The notes: generated by a model from the letters alone, not told the origin. Positions 10,701 through 23,725 are shown, counted from the first letter of the whole stretch. The stretch is 59,366 nt of DNA, filler included, from Sphacelaria rigidula (GCA_964200075.2; 8 parts of 8 records of this genome joined end to end with filler, not necessarily neighbours in it), one strand, 5' to 3'. Numbers and translations are program-made.

Positions 10701-12671
10701 ATATCACACACGGTATTAAGTTGCGACATACATCAACCGTCTCGATGTTTGCCTGCGGTGCGCGTACGTACTGTGCACTGTGCCCAGGGCTCATACCGTG
10801 TGAGGAAGTCATTCGTGTGCTTATGAAACAAAAAATGAAGGATTTGAATGCCTGGGCGATGGATTGTCGTTGTAATTCGGACCTCGCATGAATGGAGGTG
10901 CTGGGTGCGCGGCCCCAGATATATCTCATGTCTCATGCCGGGGGCGACCACACACCATATATTTTGTCCAACAAACGGGCAGTCCACCTGTAAACCAGTT
11001 AGCGCACACTGGTTCACAGGTAACATGTCCTCGTGTCGAACAAGATATTTGTCCAGTACTGAGGGGGTCGATACCATCATTGAACTCGGGGATACTCAGT
11101 GCTCGTAAGAACTGGGTACTCGCGGTACTCTGAAATATTCAGTGGCTTGGGAGTGGGTACTTCAGGTACTCGGGGGTGCAGAACACTGCACTGTACTCTG
11201 TATTCGCGATCACTTAGTCTTTCGGAGCACCGGTACTGCGATTCCTCGGGGGGTACCGAGTACCAGGCCGAGTTGTCCGGGGGATGTGTACTCCAGGTAC
11301 TCGGAGGTTCTCAACGATTGAAATACTCTGTAAATACCATGACTTCCCGAGTACCTTGAAGCATCGAACCCTATCCTAAGCGCCCTTGCAAAGGTGTACC
11401 CCCGGTGTTGAGTCTCTCGTGCATAGGGCACGCCTTGGCTATAGTCTGCAAATCCCTGCCTCCCCCCACCCCCTCCCCTCTCTTCTGGTCCGGTGAAAAC
11501 CCGGCGCGCTCCGCCCCAGCTTTGTAGGGGTGCGAGGTCAATGGTCTTGTGACTACGGCGTGCAAGATCATGAGAACATCCCCCGCCCTTCCGCTCCACC
11601 CCTTCGTCTCGAGGACGCGTAGTCAGTGATGTAAAAACCCAGGAACGCGAAACACGAGTATCCCACATCGCTACGCTTCTGAAGAGTGCGCAATTATCAG
11701 AGAGTAACCGACCCCCCGATCGTGCCCTGCTATGCTGCTTCTGTGCTTTGTGCGTCGTGCTTCGTGTCTGTGCGATGAAAAACGTGACGGACGAAAAATG
11801 ACAGGAGTTAACGTTTCCGTCGCAATCAGACGACTATGGAGACGCCGGTACCCCCGGTAAGCATCTCTAATGGGAAGATCTACTGGTACCCGGGAGAGCA
11901 TTATCGTAGTTATTTCCAACGTTTGCGGTTAATTGCCCCATCGCCGTGACGAGGCCCAGTATGGTTCACTCGCAGGGTAACATCGAAGAAATCCGAAAAA
12001 AAATCTCATTTGGGGGGAAAAAAAGTGGGAATCGTTTCCAGGTAGTGATAATTGAAAAGATTGAGCTTCGACTACTCCAATTTGGGAAGAATGCAACAAA
12101 CGAGTTAGAAGGAAGTGGAACACCTAACCCTGAGCGCCAGGTCCCGCCTCGGTACATTCATTTAGGCCGACGATCAACCATGGATGAATCGACCGAATCA
12201 ATAAACAGCTGATGAGCAGGTCCCAACGGTGTTGGCCGTCCATCGGCAGTGCAGACATCCATTGCAACATTGGAACGAACTTGGCCGCTGGCAATATCGC
12301 AGTTTGGGCTATAATAGATGTTCAAGGTAATGAGAAAAATACCCCACAAATACCCCACACGCCACCTGCGCCCCCCACTCCCACTCCTCTCCCTCGTCGC
12401 TCTAGGGGGTGCACCATGGGACGAAGACTACTCGGACCAACAAGACGATGATGATGTCGACGCCGACGATGACGGTGATGATGGCGATGACGCCGGAGTG
12501 GAAGGGGGAACCGGCTCTTCCAAATTTTTCAAGAACGGCAAAAACAGCAGCATCTCGTCACGAACTCACCATCGTATCCCCAACGCTGCTGGTGGAGGCG
12601 ACGATGGTGAAGATTACAGTGACGAGGGAGACCAGTGGTTCGACACCGACATCCTGGACATGCAGTTGTGA
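7557..12671 (+). CDS. 3' end of an HRDC-domain protein, probably a RecQ (BLM/WRN-like) helicase; exons 7557-7668, 8745-8811, 9228-9343, 11805-11856, 12406-12671 (stop)
   Basis: Phase-consistent splice (0,1,0,1) gives AFKKVLEEWRVQQADQFQTRYFYILPETE|VIEMVMRVPTTREELMCIGSWR-A-DRKLGNHGDSLLKRIKEFL, matching the HRDC pattern LxxWRxxxA...YxI...PxTxEELxxI...KxxxxGxxxL. An acidic tail with an SKFF motif follows. The helicase core is not in the contig. Confidence 0.82.
7669..7730 (+). repeat. (GT)n microsatellite at the start of an intron
   Basis: Direct reading. Confidence 0.95.
10090..11372. repeat. Two blocks rich in GAGTAC/GTACTC motifs (~10090-10260 and ~11050-11372), probably decayed non-autonomous DNA elements in an intron
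   Basis: Dense GTACTC/GAGTAC/GGTACT motifs, with a similar block at ~8850-8940. Termini not resolved. Confidence 0.45.
10297..10411 (+). mobile_element. LINE 3'-end fragment, family F1; other copies ~4215-4255(-), 11460-11600(+), ~17345-17397(+), ~36995-37067(-), 44420-44500(-), 51715-51880(-, two)
   Basis: Consensus CTGGTCCGGCGAAAACCCGGCGTGCTCCGTCCCGGCTTTGTAGGGATGCGAGGTCAATGGTCTTGTGACTATGGCATGCATGATCATGAGTAC followed by a C-rich tract. Aligns with family F2 (shared GCxVNG coding motif). Confidence 0.75.
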
Positions 12672-14009
12672 TTTTGATTCTCAGCCGTCGTTGTGATTTT
12701 TGTCGTCGTGGTGTAGCCTGAGATGTATGATTTTGGGGGGGTGTCCTCACACAAAGAGAAGACGTACTGTACATTTCGAGAGTTTTTGAATCATTTTTAC
12801 CGTACATCATTCCAGGGCAGAGATGAGTTGATCCCTTTAGACCACGGACTCGTCGGGAGGAAGGGCATTGGTTTCAAGTGTGGCTGAAATCGTCTCGGGG
12901 AAGACGTGGACGGAGCGATACGCGAGGTTTTCGCAAGAGGATATCCAGCCGATGGTGGTCTTTATCCTCGCGTTGGTACACGGAAGCAGGTGGTGGGTTT
13001 AGGTGCTGAGTTATTGTAGGTTTTTCCTTGAAACGCACGGTATCCAATACCAAAGGAGAAATGCCAGGCGTTTGCATAATTGTTCATTCGGCGGGCTTTC
13101 CCCCATTTTTGTTGAGCAAGTTGTCAAATCGCACGTACATGCGCATCGAACGGAATATTTTGTGACAAAATGTTTTGCTGTGTCTTGTGTTCGGTCTGGA
13201 TTTTTGAAAGCGGAGACGGACATTGTAGTGGAGAGCGGAAAGCGGGGAAGAAGTCAGGGAAGCACCGGCTTCCACATTTTGTGTGCTTGATGCACACTTT
13301 TGGAGAGGAACCCCGCTGAAGGGATATGGAAAGAAAGGGGCGCGCCGAGGGGTCGCCCTTGGGCGATTCTTGACGTCACTGTTTGCCGAGATTTGTTTCC
13401 GAGATGAGCGTATTGCACGCCGGGATTACGCACGGCTTCATCTGATAGACATGGTCTTGGTTATGGAGGGTGCGGGAGAGTAGCACCCGGTCGATCCTCG
13501 CCGGCATTCCAACGCAAGAGTTCGAGTGTAATGGTGGGGGAGATTGACGGCCACCTCCATAGCCAGTGGGCATTCGACTGTGCCACTCGAAGATGACCCA
13601 CATCTTGTACCTTTGACATGCTGCCGACTGACATCATCGTCTGGTGCTTTGCGAAAGACCCAGGGTGAAGAAGGAGAAAAAAATCGATTAAACATCTGGT
13701 CCCAGCGCTAGAGACCAGGATGCGCACACATCCAACGCTTCCCAGTCTAACTTGAGGACTCGGATCAGAAGTCACCTTCGTTTTCCCAAAAGGCTCGTAG
13801 GACTTGAGTCCGAGACTCATCCTACGATGGGCGGGGGGGTATTTGGGGACATTTCTTCCACGAACCCAGGAACAGCTGTTCGAACGCGCTTGTTACCGAT
13901 AAACGACCCTGGTGCATACTGATTGACATCGTTTTCACCCATATATGAGCGCACCGCGAGTGTGTTGGGTCGTCTGACACCCCCATGAACATTTTTTAAG
14001 TGGGATCAA

Positions 14010-14105
14010 CCCCCTTCCCCCGCTGTGGTGCTCCGTCTCGAAAGGGATGCGTGCTCAATGGTCAAACGACTAAGGCAAGCAACAAATGAGTACGCCCTCT
14101 CCCCT
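14010..14105 (+). mobile_element. LINE 3'-end fragment, family F2; other copies 22302-22370(+), 31781-31869(-), 31940-32178(-), 32180-32293(+)
   Basis: GTGCTCCGTCTCGAAAGGGATGCGTGGTCAATGGTCAAACGACTAAGGCAAGCAACAAATGAGTACG-C-rich. Longer copies translate as LGDRWWPQTAKQ...KRNE...VGGVSIRNRNGAPSRKGCVVN...NK. The same last ~20 nt end the RT-containing relic at 20820-20850. Confidence 0.8.
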
Positions 14106-14649
14106 ATCGTAGGACACTCCAGAGTCCTCCTCATTCTTCACTATGGCTGCTGGGACTAAAATCGTATTGAAATTTGAATCCGTCGGATTTCGCGACTGCG
14201 TGTGACAGGAAGGCGAGCTTCGATCGACCGGTACGATGGCAGGATATTGAGCCTTTACCTACCAACGTCCAAGTCTGCCTTCATTCATGACTTCTATTGC
14301 GCTTCTTCTATTGCGCTTTTGTCTCCGCGTAGGTCAAGTATCCGTGTGCGGGGCATCTTGGTACGCGAGCAGCTGCTCCTCGCGTACCTTCCCCTTGAGC
14401 TGTGAAGGGGGACGGGGGCGGCGGCGCAGGTCACGTTATCGTTTGGTTACATGCACAGGATGTTTCGCGGTTTGTATGGAGGTGACCAGGAGAAGCTGCT
14501 GCAACTGAATTCCAGACTACAGCCACACGACACTCAAACCGGCAAGAAATGCCAATACGTGAAATAGTCTATATTTTCGACGTTCTCACTTCGTGGAGTT
14601 TTCATTTGCGTGCGGAGTGGTTTCATTTTTGGGGATAGCTGACAAAAGT

Positions 14650-14768
14650 GTTTTCGTGAGATTGAGAATAGATGATACAATTGAGAGCGAAAAGCGGTCA
14701 ATCAGTGAATGGATCGTTTCAGTTCCGAAATGCACTTCCACGCGGCCCAACATGCTTTCTGCAATAGC
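14650..14768 (+). repeat. Interspersed repeat, second copy at 48862-48984
   Basis: TTTTCGTGAGATTGAGAATAGATGATACAATTGAGAGCGAAAAGCGGTCAAT...ACATGCTTTCTG aligns between contigs 2 and 7. Confidence 0.85.
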
Positions 14769-15153
14769 NNNNNNNNNNNNNNNNNNNNNNNNNNNNNNNN
14801 NNNNNNNNNNNNTTAATTAATTAANNNNNNNNNNNNNNNNNNNNNNNNNNNNNNNNNNNNNNNNNNNNTATTATCCAACTACGGTACCGCGAAGGAACAA
14901 GGTAGTATCCAACTACGGTACAGGGTGCGTCAAGAGGTCAACCTGGTGAATAGCAAACCATACGATCGATTACCAGTGTGGGATAAAATGGGGATTCTAT
15001 TTGGTGGCACCAAGGTAATGACCCTGCTACCAGAATGCAATGAAAAGGTACCCGGGATTAGTTGAACCAAACCAAATTGCCAACATTCCATAAAAAGGTA
15101 CCCGGGATTAGTTAAACCAAACCAAATTGCGGACACTCCACGCGGGAACATAC

Positions 15154-15500
15154 CGTCATTGGCAACCCGTTCAGTTTTTCCTGCGTGTCCTCCCCGCAAT
15201 GACGTTTAGCGCCGGCTCCCTCAGCGGGATGCGACACCCCCAGGACAAGAGTGTGGGTGAAACAAGGGCGGAAGTAATTGAGGGCGTGGTTAGTATACGT
15301 TGGAAGTCTCGGGGTACATGAAAATATGGCTCGGTTTTCAACCACGTGACGCAGATCGAAATGTCGTGTGGCGGGCGGTAAATTCGGCGTTTCGGCCTTG
15401 CGAACCAGATAGATGAAACGATTACCCGCGAAATCCTGCTCAAGCATGATGAGTACAGGCAGCGCAAAAGACAAGGCCCTGCAGATAGCCTGCACCCGCT
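15154..15500 (-). CDS. Candidate isolated exon, unknown product
   Basis: TTTTCCTTTGATAG acceptor, 347-nt open frame, ACG|GTATGT donor. No homology recognised. Confidence 0.3.
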
Positions 15501-15507
15501 CTATCAA

Positions 15508-15667
15508 AGGAAAAACATCGCGAGCGCCAAACGCAATACAAAATTACCAGAACATGAAATGAAAAATAATGCAGCACAAAATTATCCAGGAAAACATCGC
15601 GAACGCCAAACACAATACAAAATTTCCAGAACATGAAATGAAAAATAGTGCAGCGCAAAATTATTGA
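15508..15667 (+). repeat. Tandem duplication of an ~80-bp unit (also a ~50-bp tandem pair at ~15042-15130)
   Basis: AGGAAAAACATCGCGAGCGCCAAACGCAATACAAAATTACCAGAACATGAAATGAAAAAT occurs twice. Confidence 0.9.
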
Positions 15668-16194
15668 GCACTCAAAATACAATCGAGGGGCTTAAAAGAC
15701 AGTTGTGGTAGACGCGACAACCGGAGATGCAGACAATATGAGTATGTTAAATGAAAGAAAAGAAAACAAGATCGAAATAGAAATGGAAGCTTTACTGCAT
15801 GCGCATTCCACAAATCCTGATGGCCACAATAAAAATGCAACCCCGGAAACAAAGTACATACTGATCATGGTGGGTTGTTTTGCAATAAAAGTACCGGGAT
15901 AATATAGAGAATATCTAGAACACGATCGTTGCTGGTTGGGTACAGCGATGATATTATGGCTGACCAGGTGTAGATCAGGCGAAGGTGATACAATGCATGC
16001 GACAATGACAAAACAAAAACTGTACGATCAGATCGAAACAGGTTGATACAACATGAGGGCGGAAAATGCACGTGCACATGACAACATGCGATGGGATGGT
16101 GAGCGAAAAAAGTACAGCCGACAGTAGGCGGTAGAGGCAAAAATAACACAAGCGGGACAATAAAAGCCAACCATGGTAGCAGAAAGCACGGTGG

Positions 16195-16353
16195 AAACAG
16201 CAGCAGCCGCAGCAGCAGTAGTAGCAGCAGCAGCAGCCGCAGCAGCAACAACAGCAACAACATACAACAACAACAACAACAACAAGCAACAGTAGTAATA
16301 GGCAACAGCTGCAAAAGACAACAGAAAAAAACAACAGTAGCAGTAACAGCATC

Positions 16354-16423
<70 letters not shown>

Positions 16424-16680
16424 TACAACAACAACAACAACAAGCAACAGTAGTAATAGGCAACAGCTACAATAGACAACAGAAAACAACAACAGTAGCA
16501 GCAACAGTATCAACAACACACAGCAGCTGCGCGGCAACGACGAACAACAGCACAGAAAAACAAAACAGCCGTACGGCGAGCAGCAGCAACACACAGCGGC
16601 GGCACGGCAGCGACGAAGAACAGCACACAACAACAGCGAAAACCACAGCAACAGACAACAACGACGCGGCTGCACAGCTT
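16195..16680 (+). repeat. Compound (CAG)n/(AAC)n microsatellite with an internal higher-order duplication
   Basis: Long AAC and CAG runs. The block ACATACAACAAC...CAAGCAACAGTAGTAATAGGCAACAGCT occurs twice. Confidence 0.95.
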
Positions 16681-18981
16681 CCGCAGCTGTCTGGAGCCTG
16701 ATGTCCCGAAACGCCCCGCAGTATTTTTTGACCCTCTGGTTCGTGGAACTCGTGCAATCTCGTTCAACCGTATTACCTTTAATCGATTGTTTCGGCTAGG
16801 TTATTTCACTTTTGCTTTGGACGTCTGCAGTGGCGTGCTGATGAACCATCCCAGATGAGCTCGTGCATAAAGCCGTTGGTGGCGCACTGCGTGGGTTGCA
16901 TGTAACGAAGTGCAATGCGGCGGGTACGGAGCACAGGGCACCCACGGGGCAAAACAAACTACATAGCCCACGCTCAACCATTTATGCTCAACGTGCATAT
17001 GGTCGGTAGACAGAACATAAGAGTGCGAAGAGCCGAAGCAGCATACCATCCTAGTACACTGTATATGCTCTCCAGACATCCCAGTGACACAAAGTCGTGA
17101 ACTTCAAAAGCACTGTCTACTACGTGCTGAATGATGTTTCAGGTAAGACGCACTGTGGACACTACAATTTGTGAACAGGCACACTATTTACTCTATATAA
17201 AAGAAGTAACATTTCACCTGGTGCGACCAACACGCCAGCGAACCCTCCCCTCCGAAGGTTTGTGGTCGGAGCATGCCAGTGTTGACTCTACACAAGCAAG
17301 GGTTGGACACCATGTCATTTCACTCCTTCGCCCCCCGCTCTCACGTAAGGAACTCGGCGTGCTCCGTCCCGGCTTCGTAGGGGTGTGATGGTAAATGACT
17401 GAATGCCTGGATTAAAACTAGTTCTCTGTGGATATGCAGATGGTCCCTAGAAACGACCGGCGGGTATGGAAAGATTCTAGTCGAATGTGTATTTGTATAA
17501 GGCAGGATTTGGATCCTTTCATTGTTGACACAGCTGCTTGAAGGTAGACACAGGATTGTACCCGATTAGCCGCGTATACCTGCTGCTACTACAGCGTTGA
17601 TTGGCTAAAGGCACAGCACGTCACGGTGATTTTGCTTTATGACGAGATTGTAAGCGGGGCAGGCGGACGGTATCGATATAACAGCTGTTCTACCCACCTG
17701 TTCACTCGACACACCGACCGGCCTCCAAGCACCTATTGGATAAAGAAGAGCTTTTTAACCATTACCTACCACCTTCGGTCTCTCTGCCTCCACGGTTGCG
17801 AGCCACGGCAGTTGACGTGAGTCTCTTGTTGTGCTGTACTTCTACCCTCATCCACGATTTATATTGTATTCTGGGTCCGGGGCTGTGTGATTTCCCCCTT
17901 GACAGCTGGGCTATTGTATTGAGAGATTGGAACGGCAGTTTGAGTGTAGCAAGTCAATCCAGGACCGCTGGCCGGCAACTCACAAGGGTGTGGCTTGCTT
18001 GCGTTCGGCGTATGCGGTTTTACTGCTTGCGGTATTGCGCATACCGCCACATTGTGAGGCTTCAGAGGTAGCTTGTTTCATTCAAGCTATACGGTTCTTC
18101 TTTCTCGATCGGCCGCTGCTTACACACAGCTAAACACCAGCTCACAGTTTTTTCGCAAAAACCTTGTATTTTCAGTTCTTGTTTTCTCTTGATATTTGTG
18201 TACACGATTAGCGGTGTAATACACCGAGGTAATTAGACAGCTTCTTAGACAGCTGTTCCCTCTTTTACTCGGAGTTTGACAGACATCCCGACTCGAGTTA
18301 GCTGCAGATCTTCGATGTGTCATACAGTACCCACGTTGGTCTCAGGCAATGGCGACCAAACCACAAGGCGCTCCAGGTACGAGCGCACACGCAAGCCTTC
18401 TATTTCTACATTACCAACCACTCCCCAAACACCCCGCGACCGCCCCTGCTCACAGTCCGTCGGTCCGGTATCAACCGAATCGACCGACATGTGTCCCAAC
18501 ACACACCGAATCATGCTTGCAGGTAACGAGTACACGACCTATTTCGACCGCCGCCCTCGCAGTAGACGATTTTTCTTCCAAACACGGAACGTTGATCCAC
18601 CATGCGCACCGAATTACATCGATGCGACATGATGGGCCAGGACGGAGGATGTTTTATGTACACGAGCATGACTGCACACGGCCAGGCGCGAGGCTCATGT
18701 TACTTGTACACAAGCCTTCGACTGTGTACTCTTTTCACTTTCACACGGCACCAGGGTACACTACAGTTTGATTGCCGCCCCACCAACACATACTACAGTA
18801 CATACTTGATCATCCAGAAGGCCACGTATCTTTCCCGTTGAAATATTGTTTCGAATTGAAGTACTGACAACAGTACAGCACCGTTTGAAGTACAAATGGT
18901 GCCAGCGGGTAATATCTTGCGGACGGTGAGGTGCCGTGCTGTAGCATACGTTGGGTACTGTCATGGTACGATACTCACCAC

Positions 18982-21250
18982 CTAGGTAGGAAAGTGCCAG
19001 TTCAGTGGGCACCTGGGCTAGCGGGCTCAAACACAATCATGAGTATCGAAGCCATCGAGCTCGACTTTACTGAGTGCAAAGCCAGTCATGTTCGCAGCGT
19101 CGGGCTGCAGACCCGATGAGCCGCTCAGACCCCAGAACAACATGTGTTGCATGAAGGTCAGGCTTACATTTTTGAAGACCAGAGAATCCTCTGAGATAGC
19201 AGTCCGTGATGGCGTAGATGCTCTTGTATTATTGGCGTACAGGCTAACTTGTGCTTTGCTAGTTAAGATGCATAGTCCAAAACGCTGTCACACGGGGGGG
19301 CGGGCTGCTCAATCCGGTCACACAACGGAGTATGACCCATCAGGTACCAAGCATGACAAAGTATGACACATGGGAACCTAATCGACTGGACAATGACCAA
19401 TAAATCTGTAACATTCCCCTAGCCATATTTATATGACTAAGCAAAAAACTATTGGAAGGCTGGAAGGGCCAGAACAAAAACAAAGCCTGTGCATCATACA
19501 CCTGAAAGTAAAACGAGAAAAACCTGCTGAATTACAGTACAGGGGAAACCTCGTTGAACATCTAATGAATGGGTAAACCCTGATAAGCAGGGGAAAACTC
19601 CATCCGTTAGGAAAGGGAAACAATCTATAACGCCCTTTCCAACGACAGAAACAGCAGGCACGTACGGTCGCTGTCGTTTTCCCAGGATCTCAGTCAGACT
19701 GGAGAACGATCGGCTAGTTAGCTTGATCGCCCGTCGACACCCTGGATCAGCTACACTGGATTCCGGGGTAGTGCAGGGCTTGAACCTCGCTAAAAACAAC
19801 CTCCCTACGAACTGATCGATAGTTACAGGAGTGTAGCTTTTGAGAGGTGCTCTTCTGTAACTACTGACGCCTATTCTACTGCAACTAGAGCCCACGCGCC
19901 TTGGCTCACACATGTGCTCGTATGTTACCAAATGGGGAGCAATCGATAATAAAGCGACAAAAGAAAAAGACAAGAACACTCGAAATTCATGACTGAAGCG
20001 TACGGTAGCAGCGATATATAGTTACTCATTCCCTTATTTTATCACCCATTCCTCTCGCAATAATATCATATGCCGCATCACACAACAGCTATTCGTAAAC
20101 GTCCCTGGCGCCAGTATCTCTTTGGTTCCTCCGTTCCAGCTTGAGACGCTCGAGTTCCTGGCTCTTTCCAGTCTCCATCTTCGTATCGTACTCGCCGAAA
20201 GAAATTCCCATAATCATACACGTGGTGCTTCAGCGGCACTGCTATAGCCTTTCCAGGAGGTAGCACCTATGGGGAAAAGCTTCAAGGCATCGCTACGTGG
20301 GGAAGCGGGGTGCTTCGAGTGCGATGGTGGGGTCGAAGAAACTGTGGGGTGATACAGGTGCAAAAGGCTCATGACGCAGTATGGGGCAATGGGCTGTGGG
20401 AAAATATATGAGGAACTGTGATCAAAGGAAAGGTGTGGAAGATGAAGACGACAGAAATGTGCCAAAAGTACGATAATGCTAGACAGGGAAATATCGAAAT
20501 ATTTCGATATTTTGCAAGGAGTCACACCAGGATGTACGTTATTACCCTCTCTACTCTAGGTATTCTTTGATTACCTGATACTAGCATTAGACATTGCAAA
20601 GCAAAGGGTGAAGTTGCTGAAGAAATCGTAGCTAAATAATACTTTGATGCGGACACGGTGCAAATGGCAGCTGGTAAAAGAACACTTGGATACAATAAAA
20701 CTAGTGAACAAGTTGTGAACAGTGCAGATTGCAACAGCTCAGAGAATACTTGGATGCAGTGAAGTTGGTGAAGGAGTTGGGAACAGTGCAGATTACAGCA
20801 GCTAGGGGAATTACTTGGATGCTCGAAACAAATGAGTACGCCCGCCCCCCTTTCGAAGTCTTTCCCTTTTCCCCACCCGTCAGTGCCTGAAACAACGCAG
20901 AGTTCTCGACAATCCAACATGGCGACAGATACAGGCAATGCAGTCCAGCTAAAATAATACTTCGGGTACGAGGTGTTTCGGATGGGGTGGGCGAATATGG
21001 AAGGAACTTCTTGCTATTGATACAGCGGTGGTACGTGTGTAATGTTTACGGCCAGTCCAGAGCTCGAAGGGGAATGTGTCAGACGGTAGCACGGCGTCGG
21101 GTCGTCGGGTAGGGTACGATTGCGCAAGAGTGTGCGTGAAACGTACTTTCTCTGGGGCCGATATTTGTACAATTCTGTAACCTTTTCAGCAGCCGTCCCC
21201 CTAGGTTTTCGAATCCTATGAAACTGTAGACATAGTTATGGCGAAAATAA
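18982..21250 (+). mobile_element. ~2.2-kb composite interspersed repeat containing a collapsed LINE RT relic (~20340-20850); second copy ~56080-58287(-)
   Basis: Continuous alignment by eye between contigs 3 and 8. Relic motifs QKAxDAVWxNGLW, LDREISKYFDILQGV, TLSPTL and KLETVQMAAAKRLLGCS, ending in ACAAATGAGTACGCCC. Confidence 0.85.
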
Positions 21251-23269
21251 AATTAGACAACGCATGCTGAATAAAAAATATAATAATGAGGGATGTTGTA
21301 CTGAATATACGGAGACAAAGCACAGAAAGGACAAGTGGTGAAGTCTCGCTGCAGTTGTACGGCACATGAGGTTGACAGCATAAGGAGAGCGCGCGTATAC
21401 CTACATCGTGCAGCAATATGGTTACCTTTCCTACGTATTCAGAATATCGTTCAGCGTGGCGACTAGAATGCTACGCTCCTGGACAAACTGTCCAAGGTAC
21501 CCGGTGGGTTTAGAAACGAACGTAGTTTTTCGATTGTATGGACGTGACGTCTGAGCAGTTGCGTTGCATTTGGAGGGGGTTGGTTGTATGCCGGTATTAT
21601 CTATTGACAGCCTAAGGAACCTGTGAGACCCTGCAGTAAAGATATATTTGGCGAACTTGGCGAATTTTACTGAACATAAAATCGTGTAGTCGACAAACTT
21701 TGCCGGGGAAAGTGGGGTGAGCCACATCTTGGTCAAGAAGCTTGTGCATTTTTTTCTCTGATCATTCGGCGTTCTCATGGTGGGAAGCCGCGTTTTGTGG
21801 CAAAGGGTGTGCACGCGAGACAACAACCAGCAAAAAATATGGAACTCGTGCTTCGCCCCCCCCAAGGGGGTCCAGCGACCACATCGGCGAAATGAGTGTC
21901 TGAAAACCATATATATGTAGGGTCTGTAGGATATATCAAAGACACGGTATGTAGTCGCGCAGTCACCTTGCATGGTACGCTAGACATGAAGGGCAAGAAG
22001 ACAAAGCAGGGCAACTAAGTCTGCGTACTGCACAAGTAATGACAAGACATTGCACGAAAATATGTGTGGTTGCATGGTGTCGAAAGCCAAGTTTAAAGCA
22101 CCTGAACAAAGAAGTATCCAACTACGGTATCAGCAAGGGACTATTGCCGAGATAGCCCCCCCACAAAAGTGCACCGACGACCGTCCGACAAACCGGCTGC
22201 GNNNNNNNNNNNNNNNNNNNNNNNNNNNNNNNNNNNNNNNNNNNNTTAATTAATTAANNNNNNNNNNNNNNNNNNNNNNNNNNNNNNNNNNNNNNNNNNN
22301 NCGTCTCGAAAGGGATGCGTGGTCAATGGTCACACGAAAGGCAGGCAACAAATGAGTACGCCCCCCCCCCGTCGGATCTCCAAAGAAAGTGGGTAGATTG
22401 ATGTGAAGAAACATATTTCGTGTGTCCTCGCCGGTGGCGAAGATTTTTTTGCCGTTCGAGAAAAAATCTTGCCGCCAGGTGGCACGACACTCAATTGCTT
22501 TACTGTTATCATCACTGTTATGGGTCGGAATGGCGGTCGATTCGGGGTCCTATATTTCGGGAAATTTCGCACCGACCACTGTATGCGGAAGAGTTGAAGT
22601 CCACATGAGCCAATCAGTATCAATCACAAGTACGCGTCAACTCGAAATGACGACCACGCTCACACAAAACTTACCATTAATTACAGTACGTTACAACAAA
22701 CCCGTGACTGACGTTGCTGTACACTTGTACACATGGTAACAACAACAGGAGGATAGAAACTGCTGCTCGTGTTTTGTTGTTACGCCCCTCTTGTTGCAGT
22801 ATGTAGTCGTGCGAATCTTCCAACACGGCTATCTCGGCAACGAAGCGGAGGATTGGACTGCGGTTTCTTGCGTGCGCTTCTCACATACTCAATCTAGTTC
22901 GAGACGTGACCCTACTACCTTCGTGCGTGATACTACGCCGCAACAAACCGCAATGTACAAAAATAAGGTGTTTTTCAGTTTTTGGAGCTTTTCCGGTGCG
23001 CTGTGGCGAATTTAGCGCAGGGGGTCACGTATTGACCTAGCTGTTGTGTGTGTATGCGGAGGGCTGTGAAGTGCCGTGGGCCGGCTTGCTTCCAGTGTCG
23101 AGACCCGCGCGATCGGTGGAAAAGGAGAACTCTGATCTGACAGGTCATGATTTCAACTATCGTGGTATTGCTCGAAGGTGGTTGATATCACGACCTATCA
23201 GATCGCAATTGTAATTGTTTTCTACCGCACTTTTTCGATCGAAAAATGATGCGCTAAAACACGGCCGAT

Positions 23270-23725
23270 TACGGAAAATTAAAATATTTACATTCGCACC
23301 AATTGTTCGAGATACGATTCCATCCCTTTCTCTGCTGGTAGCGATGGACAACTACTGCGCGCCCTAAATATTTGGATTCTCATCACCAAAATATGGGGGT
23401 TCTCGGTGAGAAAACAATTCTTGGGAATTTAGGTGATGTAGTAGTGTAGTATTAATAGTTGCCAATCGCTACCAGCAGATGGAGGAATGGAACCACATCT
23501 CGAACAATTGGTGAGGATGCAAAGATTTTATTTTTCCGGGTTATCATCAGGATCACCTACATTCCCAAAAATTGGTATTTCACCCAGAACCCCCAAAAAT
23601 CGGCCATCGGAATCCAAATACTTAGAGCGTGTAGTGGTGGTCAATCGCTACCGGCAGATGAAGGAATTTAACCGTATCTCGAAGAATTGGTATGGATGCG
23701 AAGATTTCAATTTTTCGGGTTATAA
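23270..23725. mobile_element. Foldback-type element with inverted and direct ~85-bp subrepeats
   Basis: 23270-23355 is the reverse complement of 23457-23540, which is repeated directly at ~23635-23720. Confidence 0.7.

Noticed and set aside
15865..16767. Long poly-Val/Leu/Cys ORFs
   Set aside because: These are translations of AAC/CAG microsatellites.
20105..20116. TGGCGCCAG as an LTR primer-binding site
   Set aside because: Not conserved in the second copy of the repeat, and no flanking LTR pair was found.
14869..22130. GTATCCAACTACGGTA near both ends of contig 3 as terminal direct repeats
   Set aside because: Only ~25 bp, also tandem at the left end, with no element structure between; more likely a short dispersed repeat.
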